Below are positions 48,337-59,633 of a DNA stretch of 64,000 nucleotides, in pieces. This stretch comes from Fidelibacterota bacterium. Lineage in GTDB: Bacteria > Fidelibacterota > Fidelibacteria > Fidelibacterales > DSDE01. The stretch lies in assembly GCA_046735395.1 (NCBI GenBank), contig JBJKQR010000012.1, forward strand, positions 1 through 64,000. Reading direction: 5' to 3'. The notes under the pieces were generated by a model. The model worked only from the letters and a program-made list of their open reading frames with translations, was not told the DNA's origin and ran no database searches. The translations under genes were made by a program, and so were the position numbers. Numbering within the stretch: the stretch's first letter is position 1; each line of letters begins with the position of its first letter.

Positions 48337-50910
48337 ATGAGTAAAATAGCTGAGTTGCTTGAAAAAATTGCGGAGGCAATGGTCTTCATGGATACGGAAA
48401 ATGTCCAGGACATTGCCGGAATGCACAGTAATTTTGAGGAGCTGAGCAGCGGACTGAAAAAGGAAGGGAACGAGGCATTCTACAGCTGCAGCTGCGGGAT
48501 CGAAGACCTGCTGAAGGATCTGCTCATGGAGGAAGTGGCAGATAAGGATGCTGCCCTTGCATATATCAATGCCTGTATCGTTGCTTTTCAGGAGGTGTAC
48601 CGGGATGGACGCGATGCGGGTTCAGTGACTCTGCCCGATGTATCCGGCAACGGGGCCGGCGGCGCGGCCGATTCGGGCTTTCGCCTCCCTGACAATGTGG
48701 ATGAATCCATATTTACAGAATTCATCAGTCGACAAGCTCCGGAGCTTCTTGAGTTTGAAGCACAGATCATGGCCCTGGATTCGGCGGATCGCGAGACGCA
48801 GATGCCGGCCATGAAGAGATATATTCATACGCTGAAAGGCGAGAGCGCACTGATGGGCCTGTCAGAAGCCGAGGAAGTCTGTCATCGGGCTGAAGATATT
48901 ATTGAAATAGGGTATTCGCCGGAACTTACCGATCAGCTGCTGCATGTGAAAGACTGGCTGATGACCTATTTTTCCTATTTTACCGGCGCCTATGACAAAA
49001 AACCGGACAAGCATGATATTCTCGAGGAACTGAGAAGTTTTTCATCCGGTGAAAAGGCGGCAAAGGTCACGGGCACTTCTCCGGCACCGAAGGCTGTGGA
49101 GGAGGACGAAGAGGATAAGGAAGAGGTTATCAAAAGCCTCACCGAAAAATTCAACAAGTCCTCCAATCCGCTTCAGGGTGACTTGGACCTGCTGGGAGAT
49201 TTTATTCTGGAAACGGGCGAACATCTGGAGAATGCGGATACTCACCTGATTGTCCTGGAGAATGATCCGCAGAATGACGAATCGGTGAATGCCGTTTTCC
49301 GCGCCTTTCATACCATAAAGGGCGTTGCCGGTTTTCTGGATCTTACCATGATCGGAACCCTGGCGCATGAAGCGGAAAATCTTCTGGACCGGGCCCGAAA
49401 GCATGAAATCCGTTTTGCAGGATTTGTGAGTGAAGTAGCCTTTAAGAGCCTGGACAAGCTGCGTCAGCTCGTCGGTGACCTGCAGCAGAGCATGGCGTCC
49501 GGAGACTATCATTTTTGTGATCCGGGCGTTCCTGAACTTATTTATGCCATCCGGCAGGTTCTGGCCGGGAAAATCGACGAGTCCGAATATGACATTTCGA
49601 TTCCGGACGTTGAAGAGGTGGTGGCCGAGAAAGAAGTTGCCGGCGCTGAAGCAATTCATGAAGTGGATACGGCCGGACGTGCCGCAGGCCAGCAGGGTGT
49701 GAAGATCAAGGAATTCGTGAAAGTGGATTCGGAACGTCTTGATAAACTGGTGAATACAATCGGGGAAATGGTCATCGTGGAGACGATGGTCGCTCAGCTC
49801 ATGGCTGATGTGAACAGCGATGAAGGCGGCCAGATCAACGCGCGTCTCAGCCAGATGAATAAAATTACCCGGGAACTTCAGGAAATGGGAACCTCTCTTC
49901 GCATGGTTCCCGTCAAACCTGTTTTTCAGAAAATGGCCAGGCTGGTTCGCGATCTGTCCAAAAAAATGCGTAAACCGGTGAATTTCGTCATGACCGGTGA
50001 AGATACGGAACTGGATAAAACGGTTGTTGATATGATCGGTGATCCTCTGGTGCATCTGGTACGAAATTCCATGGACCATGGTATTGAATCCAGCGTGGAG
50101 GAACGGAGAAAAAAAGGAAAACCGGATATGGGCCGTGTGGAACTGCGATCCTTTAACGCCGGTGGAAATATTTACCTCGAGATTGAAGACGACGGCAAGG
50201 GGCTGGACAAGGAAGCCATCCTGGCCAAGGCAATCAAGCAGGGACTCGTTAAGGAAACGGATAAACTCAGTGATCGGGATATATATAATCTGATCTTTGA
50301 AGCCGGTTTTTCCACAGCAGCCCAGGTGACGGATGTGAGCGGGCGAGGTGTGGGAATGGATGTGGTACGAAAAAATATCGCATCCCTGAGAGGCCGGGTC
50401 GAAATTGCATCCGAAACCGGAAAGGGATCCACGATTTCCATCGTGCTGCCGCTGACCCTCGCCATCATCGAGGGAATGATCATTCAGGTCGGTACCGAAA
50501 AATACATCATTCCCACCTTGAGTATCATCACCTCAATCCGTCCGGATGACAAAATGATCAATACGGTGATGAAAAAGGGTGAAATGCTGGATCTACAGGG
50601 CGAACTGATCCCCATGTTCCGCTTGGAACGGCTGTTTAACGTCACGGGTGCCATCACGGATCCGACGGAAGGGCTTATCGTGGTGGTTGAATACGATGGC
50701 ATGAAGGCCGGGTTGCTTACGGACCGCCTGCTCGGACAGAGTCAGATTGTGATCAAGAGTCTGGGCGAATCCATGCAGGGAATTGATGGAATCAGCGGGG
50801 GCGCAATTTTGCCGGATGGCAAGGTGGGCTTGATTCTGGATATGGGCGGTATCATAAAAATTGCCCATAACAACGCGGGTCTGCTGACCGAACAAACCGT
50901 GACAAAGTAG
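48337..50910 (+). CDS. cheA: Chemotaxis histidine kinase CheA with two Hpt domains
   Basis: IHTLKG and FHTIKG Hpt motifs, VKVDSERLD dimerisation region, HLVRNSMDHG, DDGKG, GRGVGMDVV, C-terminal CheW-like P5. Confidence 0.95.
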   Translation: MSKIAELLEKIAEAMVFMDTENVQDIAGMHSNFEELSSGLKKEGNEAFYSCSCGIEDLLKDLLMEEVADKDAALAYINACIVAFQEVYRDGRDAGSVTLPDVSGNGAGGAADSGFRLPDNVDESIFTEFISRQAPELLEFEAQIMALDSADRETQMPAMKRYIHTLKGESALMGLSEAEEVCHRAEDIIEIGYSPELTDQLLHVKDWLMTYFSYFTGAYDKKPDKHDILEELRSFSSGEKAAKVTGTSPAPKAVEEDEEDKEEVIKSLTEKFNKSSNPLQGDLDLLGDFILETGEHLENADTHLIVLENDPQNDESVNAVFRAFHTIKGVAGFLDLTMIGTLAHEAENLLDRARKHEIRFAGFVSEVAFKSLDKLRQLVGDLQQSMASGDYHFCDPGVPELIYAIRQVLAGKIDESEYDISIPDVEEVVAEKEVAGAEAIHEVDTAGRAAGQQGVKIKEFVKVDSERLDKLVNTIGEMVIVETMVAQLMADVNSDEGGQINARLSQMNKITRELQEMGTSLRMVPVKPVFQKMARLVRDLSKKMRKPVNFVMTGEDTELDKTVVDMIGDPLVHLVRNSMDHGIESSVEERRKKGKPDMGRVELRSFNAGGNIYLEIEDDGKGLDKEAILAKAIKQGLVKETDKLSDRDIYNLIFEAGFSTAAQVTDVSGRGVGMDVVRKNIASLRGRVEIASETGKGSTISIVLPLTLAIIEGMIIQVGTEKYIIPTLSIITSIRPDDKMINTVMKKGEMLDLQGELIPMFRLERLFNVTGAITDPTEGLIVVVEYDGMKAGLLTDRLLGQSQIVIKSLGESMQGIDGISGGAILPDGKVGLILDMGGIIKIAHNNAGLLTEQTVTK

Positions 50911-50925
50911 CAGGATATATCAGGT

Positions 50926-51732
50926 ATGGATGCAAAAACCTTTACTACCTTTCGACAAATCATCAAGGAACAGTCCGGGATTGAGCTGACACAGAATAAG
51001 GAAGCTCTGCTGACCGGAAGAGTCGGAAAGCGGATGCGGAAGCTTGGAATCGCTGATTACAAGGAATATCTGAAATTTCTTCTGGCTGACCAGAGCGGCA
51101 GGGAAATGATTTCCCTGCTGGACGCCATTTCCACCAATGTGACCTCCTTTTATCGTGAGGCCGTTCATTTTGATTATCTGAAGGATTTGCTGACAACCTG
51201 GTCCAATGAAGGACAGGATAAGTTCCGGATCTGGTGCGCTGCAGCCTCCAGCGGCGAGGAGCCCTATACCATCGCTATTACGGTCAGGGAAGCGCTGAAT
51301 TCTAAAAGCAATAATGTGAAGATTCTGGGTACCGATATCAGTACAGCTGTTCTCGAACAGTGTCTGAATGGCGTCTATGAAGCAAAAAAGACGGATCCCA
51401 TTCCGGCGACCTTGAAGAATAAGTATTTCATCCGTCACAAGGACGCGGAGGAGGATCTGTACGAAGTCAAACCCGAACTGCGGTCCATGATGATGTTCAA
51501 ACGGCTGAACCTGACAGTGCAGCCCTATCCCATGAAAGGCCCGCTGGATATTATTTTCTGCCGGAATGTCATGATTTATTTCAATGGCGAGACACGGCAG
51601 AAAATCATTTCGGAAATGTACCGGCTGCTCAAACCCGGCGGTTTTCTGATGGTGGGCCATTCCGAAAGTCTCACCGGGCTGGATACCCGATTCAAGATTG
51701 TCAAACCTTCCATTTATGTGAAACCGGAATAA
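50926..51732 (+). CDS. cheR: Chemotaxis methyltransferase CheR
   Basis: TNVTSFYRE, WCAAASSGEEPY, GTDIS, IFCRNVMIYF, GHSE. Confidence 0.96.
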   Translation: MDAKTFTTFRQIIKEQSGIELTQNKEALLTGRVGKRMRKLGIADYKEYLKFLLADQSGREMISLLDAISTNVTSFYREAVHFDYLKDLLTTWSNEGQDKFRIWCAAASSGEEPYTIAITVREALNSKSNNVKILGTDISTAVLEQCLNGVYEAKKTDPIPATLKNKYFIRHKDAEEDLYEVKPELRSMMMFKRLNLTVQPYPMKGPLDIIFCRNVMIYFNGETRQKIISEMYRLLKPGGFLMVGHSESLTGLDTRFKIVKPSIYVKPE

Positions 51733-51749
51733 TTCACCTACGGGGTATT

Positions 51750-52247
51750 ATGATTTCTCGTTTTGAAAAAGCTCCTACCAGTATCGGAATCGGTGATATG
51801 AAGACCAGCTGTGATGAACAGGAAATTCTTATTACCTATTCCCTGGGAAGCTGTATTGGACTGACATTGTATGATCCGGTTGCAAAGGTTGGCGGTATGG
51901 TGCATACGATGCTGCCCCTGTCCAAGCAGGATCCGGAAAAGGCCCGGAAAAATCCCCATATGTATACTGACACGGGAGTACAGTCTCTCATTCAGGAACT
52001 TTTCAATATGGGGGCGACCCGACGGAATCTCATTGCCAAGGTTGCCGGCGGGGCTCAGCTTCTCGATGAAAAGGGACTCTTCCGAATTGGTGAACGGAAT
52101 TATACCGTATTGAGAAAAGTATTGTGGAAAAACGATATTCTCATCAATTCCGAGGAAGTCGGCGCAAACAAGAGCCGGACCATGATTTTGCATATGAGCA
52201 CCGGCAAAACCTATATCCGGTCCGGCGGCGTTGAGGTGGAACTATGA
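51750..52247 (+). CDS. cheD: Chemoreceptor glutamine deamidase CheD
   Basis: LGSCIG, HTMLP, KVAGGA, IGERN. Confidence 0.94.
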   Translation: MISRFEKAPTSIGIGDMKTSCDEQEILITYSLGSCIGLTLYDPVAKVGGMVHTMLPLSKQDPEKARKNPHMYTDTGVQSLIQELFNMGATRRNLIAKVAGGAQLLDEKGLFRIGERNYTVLRKVLWKNDILINSEEVGANKSRTMILHMSTGKTYIRSGGVEVEL

Positions 52248-53095
52248 CAAAGCGTGATCAGATATTACAGATTATCCGTGATGTCCCGGCTCTTCCCACC
52301 GTGGCGGTTGAGGTTCAGAAATTGCTCAGCGATAAAGATATGGACTTCAGAAAACTGGTGGAAAAAATCAAATATGATCCCGGACTGACGGCGAATATTC
52401 TCAGTCTGGCCAATTCTGCCTACTTCGGTTTCAGCCGTCCGGTCAACAGTCTCAGTGATGCCGTGGTTCTCATGGGAACGAAGCGGATCTATGAACTGAT
52501 TATTGCAGAATCCCTCGCTCCGCTGGTCCATAAATCCGTGAAGGGTTACGATCTGCCGGCGGGCAAGCTATGGGAACATTCCGTAGCAGTTGCGGTGGGA
52601 TGCGAAGAACTTACGCGCATGCTGCATATCAGTGCTCCGGATTATATTTTCACGGCAGGGCTTCTGCATAATGTGGGCAAGATTGTTCTCGGTACTTTTG
52701 TGGAGATTGAGGCGGATCCCATTCTGGAGCTGGCCCGAAAATCGGATATGTCCTTTGATGAGGCCGAAAAATCCATTCTGGGTATTGACCATGCGGAAGC
52801 AGGAGCCATTCTGCTGGAAAGCTGGAAGCTTCCTGAACATTTTATCAATGCGGCTCAGTATCATCACCGTCCCGACGAAAATCCCTCGGACGATCATCTC
52901 ATCGTGGATCTGGTTCATACAGCGGATGTTCTCACCATGATGAGCGGTCTCGGGACGGGAACGGATGAATTGAATTACAGAGCGGATCAGAAGGTGATAG
53001 ACCGTCTGGGTGTGACACCTAAATTGGCCGAGAAGATCATCGCCAATGTCCTGACCGGCATGGAATCCCTTTCACACTTATTACTCAAACAATAA
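52244..53095 (+). CDS. HDOD domain protein
   Basis: PALP, DPGLTANILSLANSAYFG, WEHS, GLLHNVGK, DHAEAG...W.LP, HH.P. Confidence 0.92.
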   Translation: MTKRDQILQIIRDVPALPTVAVEVQKLLSDKDMDFRKLVEKIKYDPGLTANILSLANSAYFGFSRPVNSLSDAVVLMGTKRIYELIIAESLAPLVHKSVKGYDLPAGKLWEHSVAVAVGCEELTRMLHISAPDYIFTAGLLHNVGKIVLGTFVEIEADPILELARKSDMSFDEAEKSILGIDHAEAGAILLESWKLPEHFINAAQYHHRPDENPSDDHLIVDLVHTADVLTMMSGLGTGTDELNYRADQKVIDRLGVTPKLAEKIIANVLTGMESLSHLLLKQ

Positions 53096-53107
53096 CAGGT
53101 TGTTCTT

Positions 53108-53487
53108 ATGAAGTTAAATATTTTGATCGTAGATGACTCCGTAACGGTAAGGTCCGTACTCATTAAGACACTGGATCTTGCCCAGATTTCGAGCGAAAAG
53201 ATCTACGAAGCGTCCAACGGAAAGGAAGCCCTTGAAATTATTGATAATAACTGGATAGATCTTGTTTTCGCCGATATTAATATGCCGGTTATGGGAGGAA
53301 TCGAGATGGTGGAGATCATGGCCCAGAACGGGTTGATGAAATCCATCCCGGTAATTGTCGTGACCACCGAAGGGTCACAGACACGTATTGAACAGTTAAA
53401 GCAGAAAGGAATCCGTGGGTATATCAGAAAACCCTTTACGCCTGAGTCTGTCCGGAGTGAAGTCAACCGAATCATGGGGGGCGTGTA

Positions 53488-53488
<1 letters not shown>
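53108..53488 (+). CDS. cheY: CheY-like single-domain response regulator
   Basis: IVDDS, ADINMP, VTT, KPF. Confidence 0.9.
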
Positions 53489-54994
<1,506 letters not shown>

Positions 54995-54998
54995 TAAA

Positions 54999-55359
54999 CC
55001 ACGAAAACACACGAATTCTCCATTTAGTCCACCAGGAACACGAATGGACACGAATTATCCAATTTATCCACGAAGGATACGAATGGACACGAATTATCCA
55101 ATTTATCCACGAGGAACACGAATGGACACGAAATTTCTATTTAATCCACGAAGAACATAAAACGCACGAATTGTCTATTCAATCCACGAAGGACACGAAT
55201 GGACACGAATTATCCTACGAAGGATACGAATGGACACGAATTATCTATTTAATCCACGGAGAACACGAAAACACACGAATTGTCTATTCAATCCACGAGG
55301 AACACGAAAACACACGAATTGTCCATTTTATCCATGAAGGACACGAATGAAACCGAATT
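54999..55359. repeat. Degenerate tandem array of ~39-bp units built from CACGAA sub-repeats (~9.5 copies)
   Basis: Unit starts at 55028, 55067, 55106, 55145, 55183, 55213, 55253, 55292 and 55331, plus a partial unit at 54999. Consensus TCCACGAAGGACACGAATGGACACGAATTRTCYAWTYWA. Confidence 0.92.
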
Positions 55360-55465
55360 GGGGAAAAACCTGTTTTCTATATTATTGAATAAATCTGTGT
55401 AATCCGAGCATAAGCTTCTGCGTGAATTCAGCGTTAAACTGCTGTAGTAAATACGACCTGCCGAA

Positions 55466-56710
55466 TCAGGCGGTCTGATCCGTGGCCTGCTCCACAGCCA
55501 GGCTGATGATCTTCAGGATAACATCTCTGGCTTTCAGCATGGATTCGAGGGGAATGTATTCATAAATGCCGTGGTAATTGTGGCCGCCGGTAAAAATATT
55601 AGGGCAGGGCAGGCCCATGAATGACAGGCGGGCGCCATCCGTTCCGCCGCGAACAGGAACGCGTAAAGCCTGGATCTCACTGGATGTAATGGCTTGAACC
55701 GCGAGATCAATGACCTGCGGGAACTGGTCAATGATTTCCTTCATGTTGTAGTACTGATCGGTCAGTGTCAGTTTTACGCTCTCACGGCCGTATTTTTTAT
55801 TGATGAAGGCCACTGCGTCATGGATCATCGCTTTTTTGTTTTCAAATCGGGTCCGGTCATGATCCCGGATGATATACACCATCCGGCAGGCGCTCACAGT
55901 TCCTTCCATCGCCAACAGATGAAAAAAACCTTCGTATCCTTCCGTATGTTCCGGCCGTTCCCATTCCGGAAGCATACTGTTCAGCTCCATGCCCAGAAGA
56001 ATGGCATTCCGCATCTGGTTCTTGGCTGTTCCCGGATGTACGTTCACTCCCTCTATCAGGATATCCGCACGTCCGGCATTGAAATTTTCACTTTCCATTT
56101 CACCCAGTTCGCCTCCATCCACCGTATACGCGAATTCTGCACCGAAGCGCGCAATATCAAAACGATCCGCACCCCGGCCGATTTCTTCATCGGGGGTAAA
56201 AGCTATGCGGATATCACCGTGCGGAATCCGGGGATTTTCCAGAAGAAATTCCATGGCGGAGATGATGCAGGCGACACCGGCCTTGTCATCTGCCCCCAAC
56301 AGGGTCGTTCCGTCGGTCGTTATCAATGTCTGTCCCTTGTAATGCAGAAGTTCGGGAAATTCGGCCGGATTCAGGACGCAGTCCTGTTTACCTTTCAGCG
56401 GGATGAGATTTCCGTCATAATCCGGGATGATCTGAGCCTTCACGTTTTCTCCGCTCGCATCCTCAGCCGTATCCATATGGGCAATGAAACCGATGACCGG
56501 CGCTGCTGTCTCCGTATTGGCCGGTAACTCAGCCATGACGTAGCCGTTTTCGTCAAGAGAGACCTTCTGCAGTCCGATGGCTTTTAATTCCTCTGTCAGC
56601 ACCCGGGCAAGGTTTAACTGTCCGGCAGTGCTGGGGCAGGTTTTTGAGTTTTCATCACTTTGAGTATTGATAGCCGTGTAACGAATAAACCGTGTGAGCA
56701 GATCTTCCAT
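55466..56710 (-). CDS. pepT: Peptidase T (tripeptide aminopeptidase)
   Basis: AHMDT, TTLLGADDKAG, TPDEEIG, VHPG.AK, RGGTDG, GGHNYHG; GGGAG SD before ATG 56710. Confidence 0.95.
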   Translation of the reverse strand: MEDLLTRFIRYTAINTQSDENSKTCPSTAGQLNLARVLTEELKAIGLQKVSLDENGYVMAELPANTETAAPVIGFIAHMDTAEDASGENVKAQIIPDYDGNLIPLKGKQDCVLNPAEFPELLHYKGQTLITTDGTTLLGADDKAGVACIISAMEFLLENPRIPHGDIRIAFTPDEEIGRGADRFDIARFGAEFAYTVDGGELGEMESENFNAGRADILIEGVNVHPGTAKNQMRNAILLGMELNSMLPEWERPEHTEGYEGFFHLLAMEGTVSACRMVYIIRDHDRTRFENKKAMIHDAVAFINKKYGRESVKLTLTDQYYNMKEIIDQFPQVIDLAVQAITSSEIQALRVPVRGGTDGARLSFMGLPCPNIFTGGHNYHGIYEYIPLESMLKARDVILKIISLAVEQATDQTA

Positions 56711-56847
56711 GTCGGTCACTCCCTTGTTTTCAGTGAATTTAAGGACACCGGGGCAGTCCGGCATCGGATTTTTTATTTCCTGCCGGGATGAGGGGATCTT
56801 TATTGATATTATTCCTCATATCCGATTCCGAATAAAAGTGGATGACA

Positions 56848-58158
56848 TCAGCCTTCTGACCGCGGATCAATGAGAGCGATGATCACGTCGCCCACATTCG
56901 TGCCCGTGTGTCCGGTTTCAATATGTCCCTGTTTCAGTTTCTTAAAGAAATGAAAGGAATCATTATTCTCAAGAAATTCATCAATGGAGAGCCCGCTCTC
57001 CTGCCAGGCATCCAGTATTTCCGGTGTAAAATAGGCTCCGGCCATGGGAGTCGGGCCGTCAATGCCATCGGTTCCCGCTGAAAGAATGCTGATATTTCGT
57101 GAATTTTTCAGTTCAGCCATCGCGCTGAGGACCAGTTCCTGGTTTCTTCCTCCCAGACCTGTCCCCCTTACCTTTACCGTTGTCTCTCCACCGAAAACCA
57201 GGCAGGTCGGCTGATTTGCCGATTCATAGCTTTTTGCCACCTTCGCCACATGATGTCCGTATTCCCGCGCTTCGCCACGAACCTTCTCATCCACGATGAT
57301 ACAGGTGTAATTCATTGCCTTGGCTTTACGCACCGCGCCCACGAGAGCCATCTTGTTATGAGCGAGAATGTAGTGAGGATATCCCGTATGAACCTGCTTG
57401 GGACGTTCCCGTATGAGTTCCGTCAGGATATTTTTCGGCAATTTATCCACCAGCTCGTATTTGAGGATGATCTTTTTAATGGTTTCCATTTCCGGTTCAC
57501 TGGGATAAAAGGGCGCTGACCCGATGGTCGCGAAATCATTATCCGGCACATCCGATACGATGAGAACCACGCCGTGTGCCGAGGTCATCCGTCCCAGATT
57601 TCCGCCTTTGATACGGGATAATTTCTTTCTCAGAACATTCAGCTCAAAAATGGACAGGCCTTCCTTCTGCAGCATTTCCGTGACATCATGCCACATGTCG
57701 TAATTTACGCCGCCATAGGTCATTTCCATGAGCGAGGAAGAGCCGCCGCTCAGCAGGTAGATAAAAAAGTCGTTCATTTCCATGGATTCAAAAAGGCGGA
57801 CCATGGCTTTTCCGCAGGCAAAGGATCGGCGTGTGGGATAGGGGTGACCGCCTTCCATGATCTTCAGACGCGTAAATCTCGCCCCGTAATGATTGGATAC
57901 AACCAGATTCCCGGAAAATTTCCCCGGGTACAAAGCAGTCATGGATTTGGCCATATCGATGGCAGCTTTTCCCGAAGCCGCCAGATATATTTTTTTAAAT
58001 CGTTTCAGATCGTATTCTTCACCTTCAATGATGAGTTTCCTGTCCTTGAAACGAATACTGCGGGTCATGAAGGAGATGGACCTGACTTCTTCGACTGCAG
58101 CCTGGAATATATTGAGAATGGGGATATCCTCAAGCTTTTTCTTTTTCACATTAAACAT
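56848..58158 (-). CDS. Glycerate kinase type 2 (MOFRL/TtuD family)
   Basis: GKAA, GHP.P, LSGGSS, SDV, GGETTV, GGRNQE, GTDGIDG, TGTNVGD. Confidence 0.92.
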   Translation of the reverse strand: MFNVKKKKLEDIPILNIFQAAVEEVRSISFMTRSIRFKDRKLIIEGEEYDLKRFKKIYLAASGKAAIDMAKSMTALYPGKFSGNLVVSNHYGARFTRLKIMEGGHPYPTRRSFACGKAMVRLFESMEMNDFFIYLLSGGSSSLMEMTYGGVNYDMWHDVTEMLQKEGLSIFELNVLRKKLSRIKGGNLGRMTSAHGVVLIVSDVPDNDFATIGSAPFYPSEPEMETIKKIILKYELVDKLPKNILTELIRERPKQVHTGYPHYILAHNKMALVGAVRKAKAMNYTCIIVDEKVRGEAREYGHHVAKVAKSYESANQPTCLVFGGETTVKVRGTGLGGRNQELVLSAMAELKNSRNISILSAGTDGIDGPTPMAGAYFTPEILDAWQESGLSIDEFLENNDSFHFFKKLKQGHIETGHTGTNVGDVIIALIDPRSEG

Positions 58159-58387
58159 GGTTTCTCTCCTGAGGAAGGGGCTGTTTCATTCCTGAAATGC
58201 AGTTGTTTCTGCTGAGATGGAGTTCTGCCGCTGCTTGTACCTGTCATGTTGCCAATATATTAAAAAATGCCGAATTGGGGAACGGAATATGAATTCCGTC
58301 CCGGGAAAAGAGAGACATGATGGCTCTTGTTCGGTTTTTCGGACCGGCATTAAGGCGTAAATCATCTACTGAACTCCGCCGTGACTC

Positions 58388-58416
58388 TTGTTCATGTCAA
58401 GGAATTTTCATAAATT
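58388..58416 (+). promoter_or_regulatory. sigma70-type promoter of buk-ptb
   Basis: TTGTTC-17 nt-TAAATT. Confidence 0.5.
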
Positions 58417-58574
58417 GAAGCAATGAAATCCGGACAGCATGCAAAGATGATTCAAATGTGCCTCATCGGAAGGTGCAATGACCTGTTCCGGGATGAAAAT
58501 GCCGGATATCTAATCAGGAATAATTATAAGCAAATAGCTCTGAAGTCGTTCAGGATAATTCAGGAAAGGGAAAA

Positions 58575-59633
58575 ATGAAAATCGTTGTTGCCATAAACCC
58601 GGGGTCGATGTCGACAAAAATCGGAGTCTTCAGCGAGAAGACCAAGCTGTTCGAAGTGAATACGCCCTTTTTTATGGGTGAACGGCCCAGGAATGTTGCG
58701 GATGAATTTCCCAACCGGCTGAAAATAATTGAGGAAACGGTCACCCGTTTCTGCCGGGAAAATGAAGTGATCGCCATTGTGGGGCGTGGCGGACCTCTGA
58801 AGCCGCTGCCCGGCGGTGTCTACAGAGTGAACGGGGATATGCTGGATGATTTGAAAAATGCCCGATACAGTAACCACGCCAGCAATCTCGGAGCCATTCT
58901 GGCGGATTATTTTGCCCGGCGTTATTCCGTTCCGGCGCTGATCGTTGATCCGGTCACCGTTGATGAATTCGATCCGCTGGCCCGTATTTCGGGTTTTCCG
59001 GGCATCGAACGGCGAAGCCGTTCTCACGCGCTCAGTATTCGTGCCACGGTACGCCGATCCTGTGACCGGCATGGATGGAAAATGGAAAAGAATAATTTTG
59101 TCGTGGCGCATTTAGGCGGAGGCATATCGGTGGCAGCCGTAAAAAAAGGGCAGATCCGGGACGTCAATGACGGATTGCTGGGCATGGGCCCCTTTTCTCC
59201 CGAACGGGCCGGAGCGCTTCCCATCGGCGCGCTGACCGAACTGGCCGCTTCCAGGAAACAGAGTCTGGAAAAACTTCAGCAGTATCTGAGCCGGGATGCC
59301 GGGCTGAAAGGGTATCTGGGCACGGCGGACGCGGTGGAAGTGGAAACGCGTATCGCCCGAGGGGATGAACAGGCTGAATTGATTTACGAGGCCATGCTCT
59401 ACCAGATAAAAAAAGAGATCGGAGCCATGCTGGCTGTCTGTAATTTCAAGGTCAAGGCCGTCCTCATCACGGGCGGGCTGGCGAATTCAGACAGGGTCTG
59501 CAGATATCTGAAGAAGGGACTCGGCCGCCGGAGAGTGGAATTTTATCCCGGTGAAAATGAACTGGAAGCAATGGCTGACGGAGCCTGGAGAGCACTCAAA
59601 GGCGAGATCGAAATTCAGGAATACAGCAAATGA
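58575..59633 (+). CDS. buk: Butyrate (branched-chain carboxylate) kinase
   Basis: INPGSMSTK, GRGG, HASNLG, DPVTVDE, HLGGGISV, GPFSPERAG, PGENE. Confidence 0.95.
   Translation: MKIVVAINPGSMSTKIGVFSEKTKLFEVNTPFFMGERPRNVADEFPNRLKIIEETVTRFCRENEVIAIVGRGGPLKPLPGGVYRVNGDMLDDLKNARYSNHASNLGAILADYFARRYSVPALIVDPVTVDEFDPLARISGFPGIERRSRSHALSIRATVRRSCDRHGWKMEKNNFVVAHLGGGISVAAVKKGQIRDVNDGLLGMGPFSPERAGALPIGALTELAASRKQSLEKLQQYLSRDAGLKGYLGTADAVEVETRIARGDEQAELIYEAMLYQIKKEIGAMLAVCNFKVKAVLITGGLANSDRVCRYLKKGLGRRRVEFYPGENELEAMADGAWRALKGEIEIQEYSK

Noticed and set aside
54999..55359. CRISPR array
   Set aside because: There are no unique spacers: linkers are ~10 nt and similar to each other. Repeats are degenerate and no cas genes are present.
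58460..58570. Glycine riboswitch (GAAGGTGCAA...TCAGG)
   Set aside because: It lacks the conserved GGAGA segment and P1 pairing. Only fragments match.
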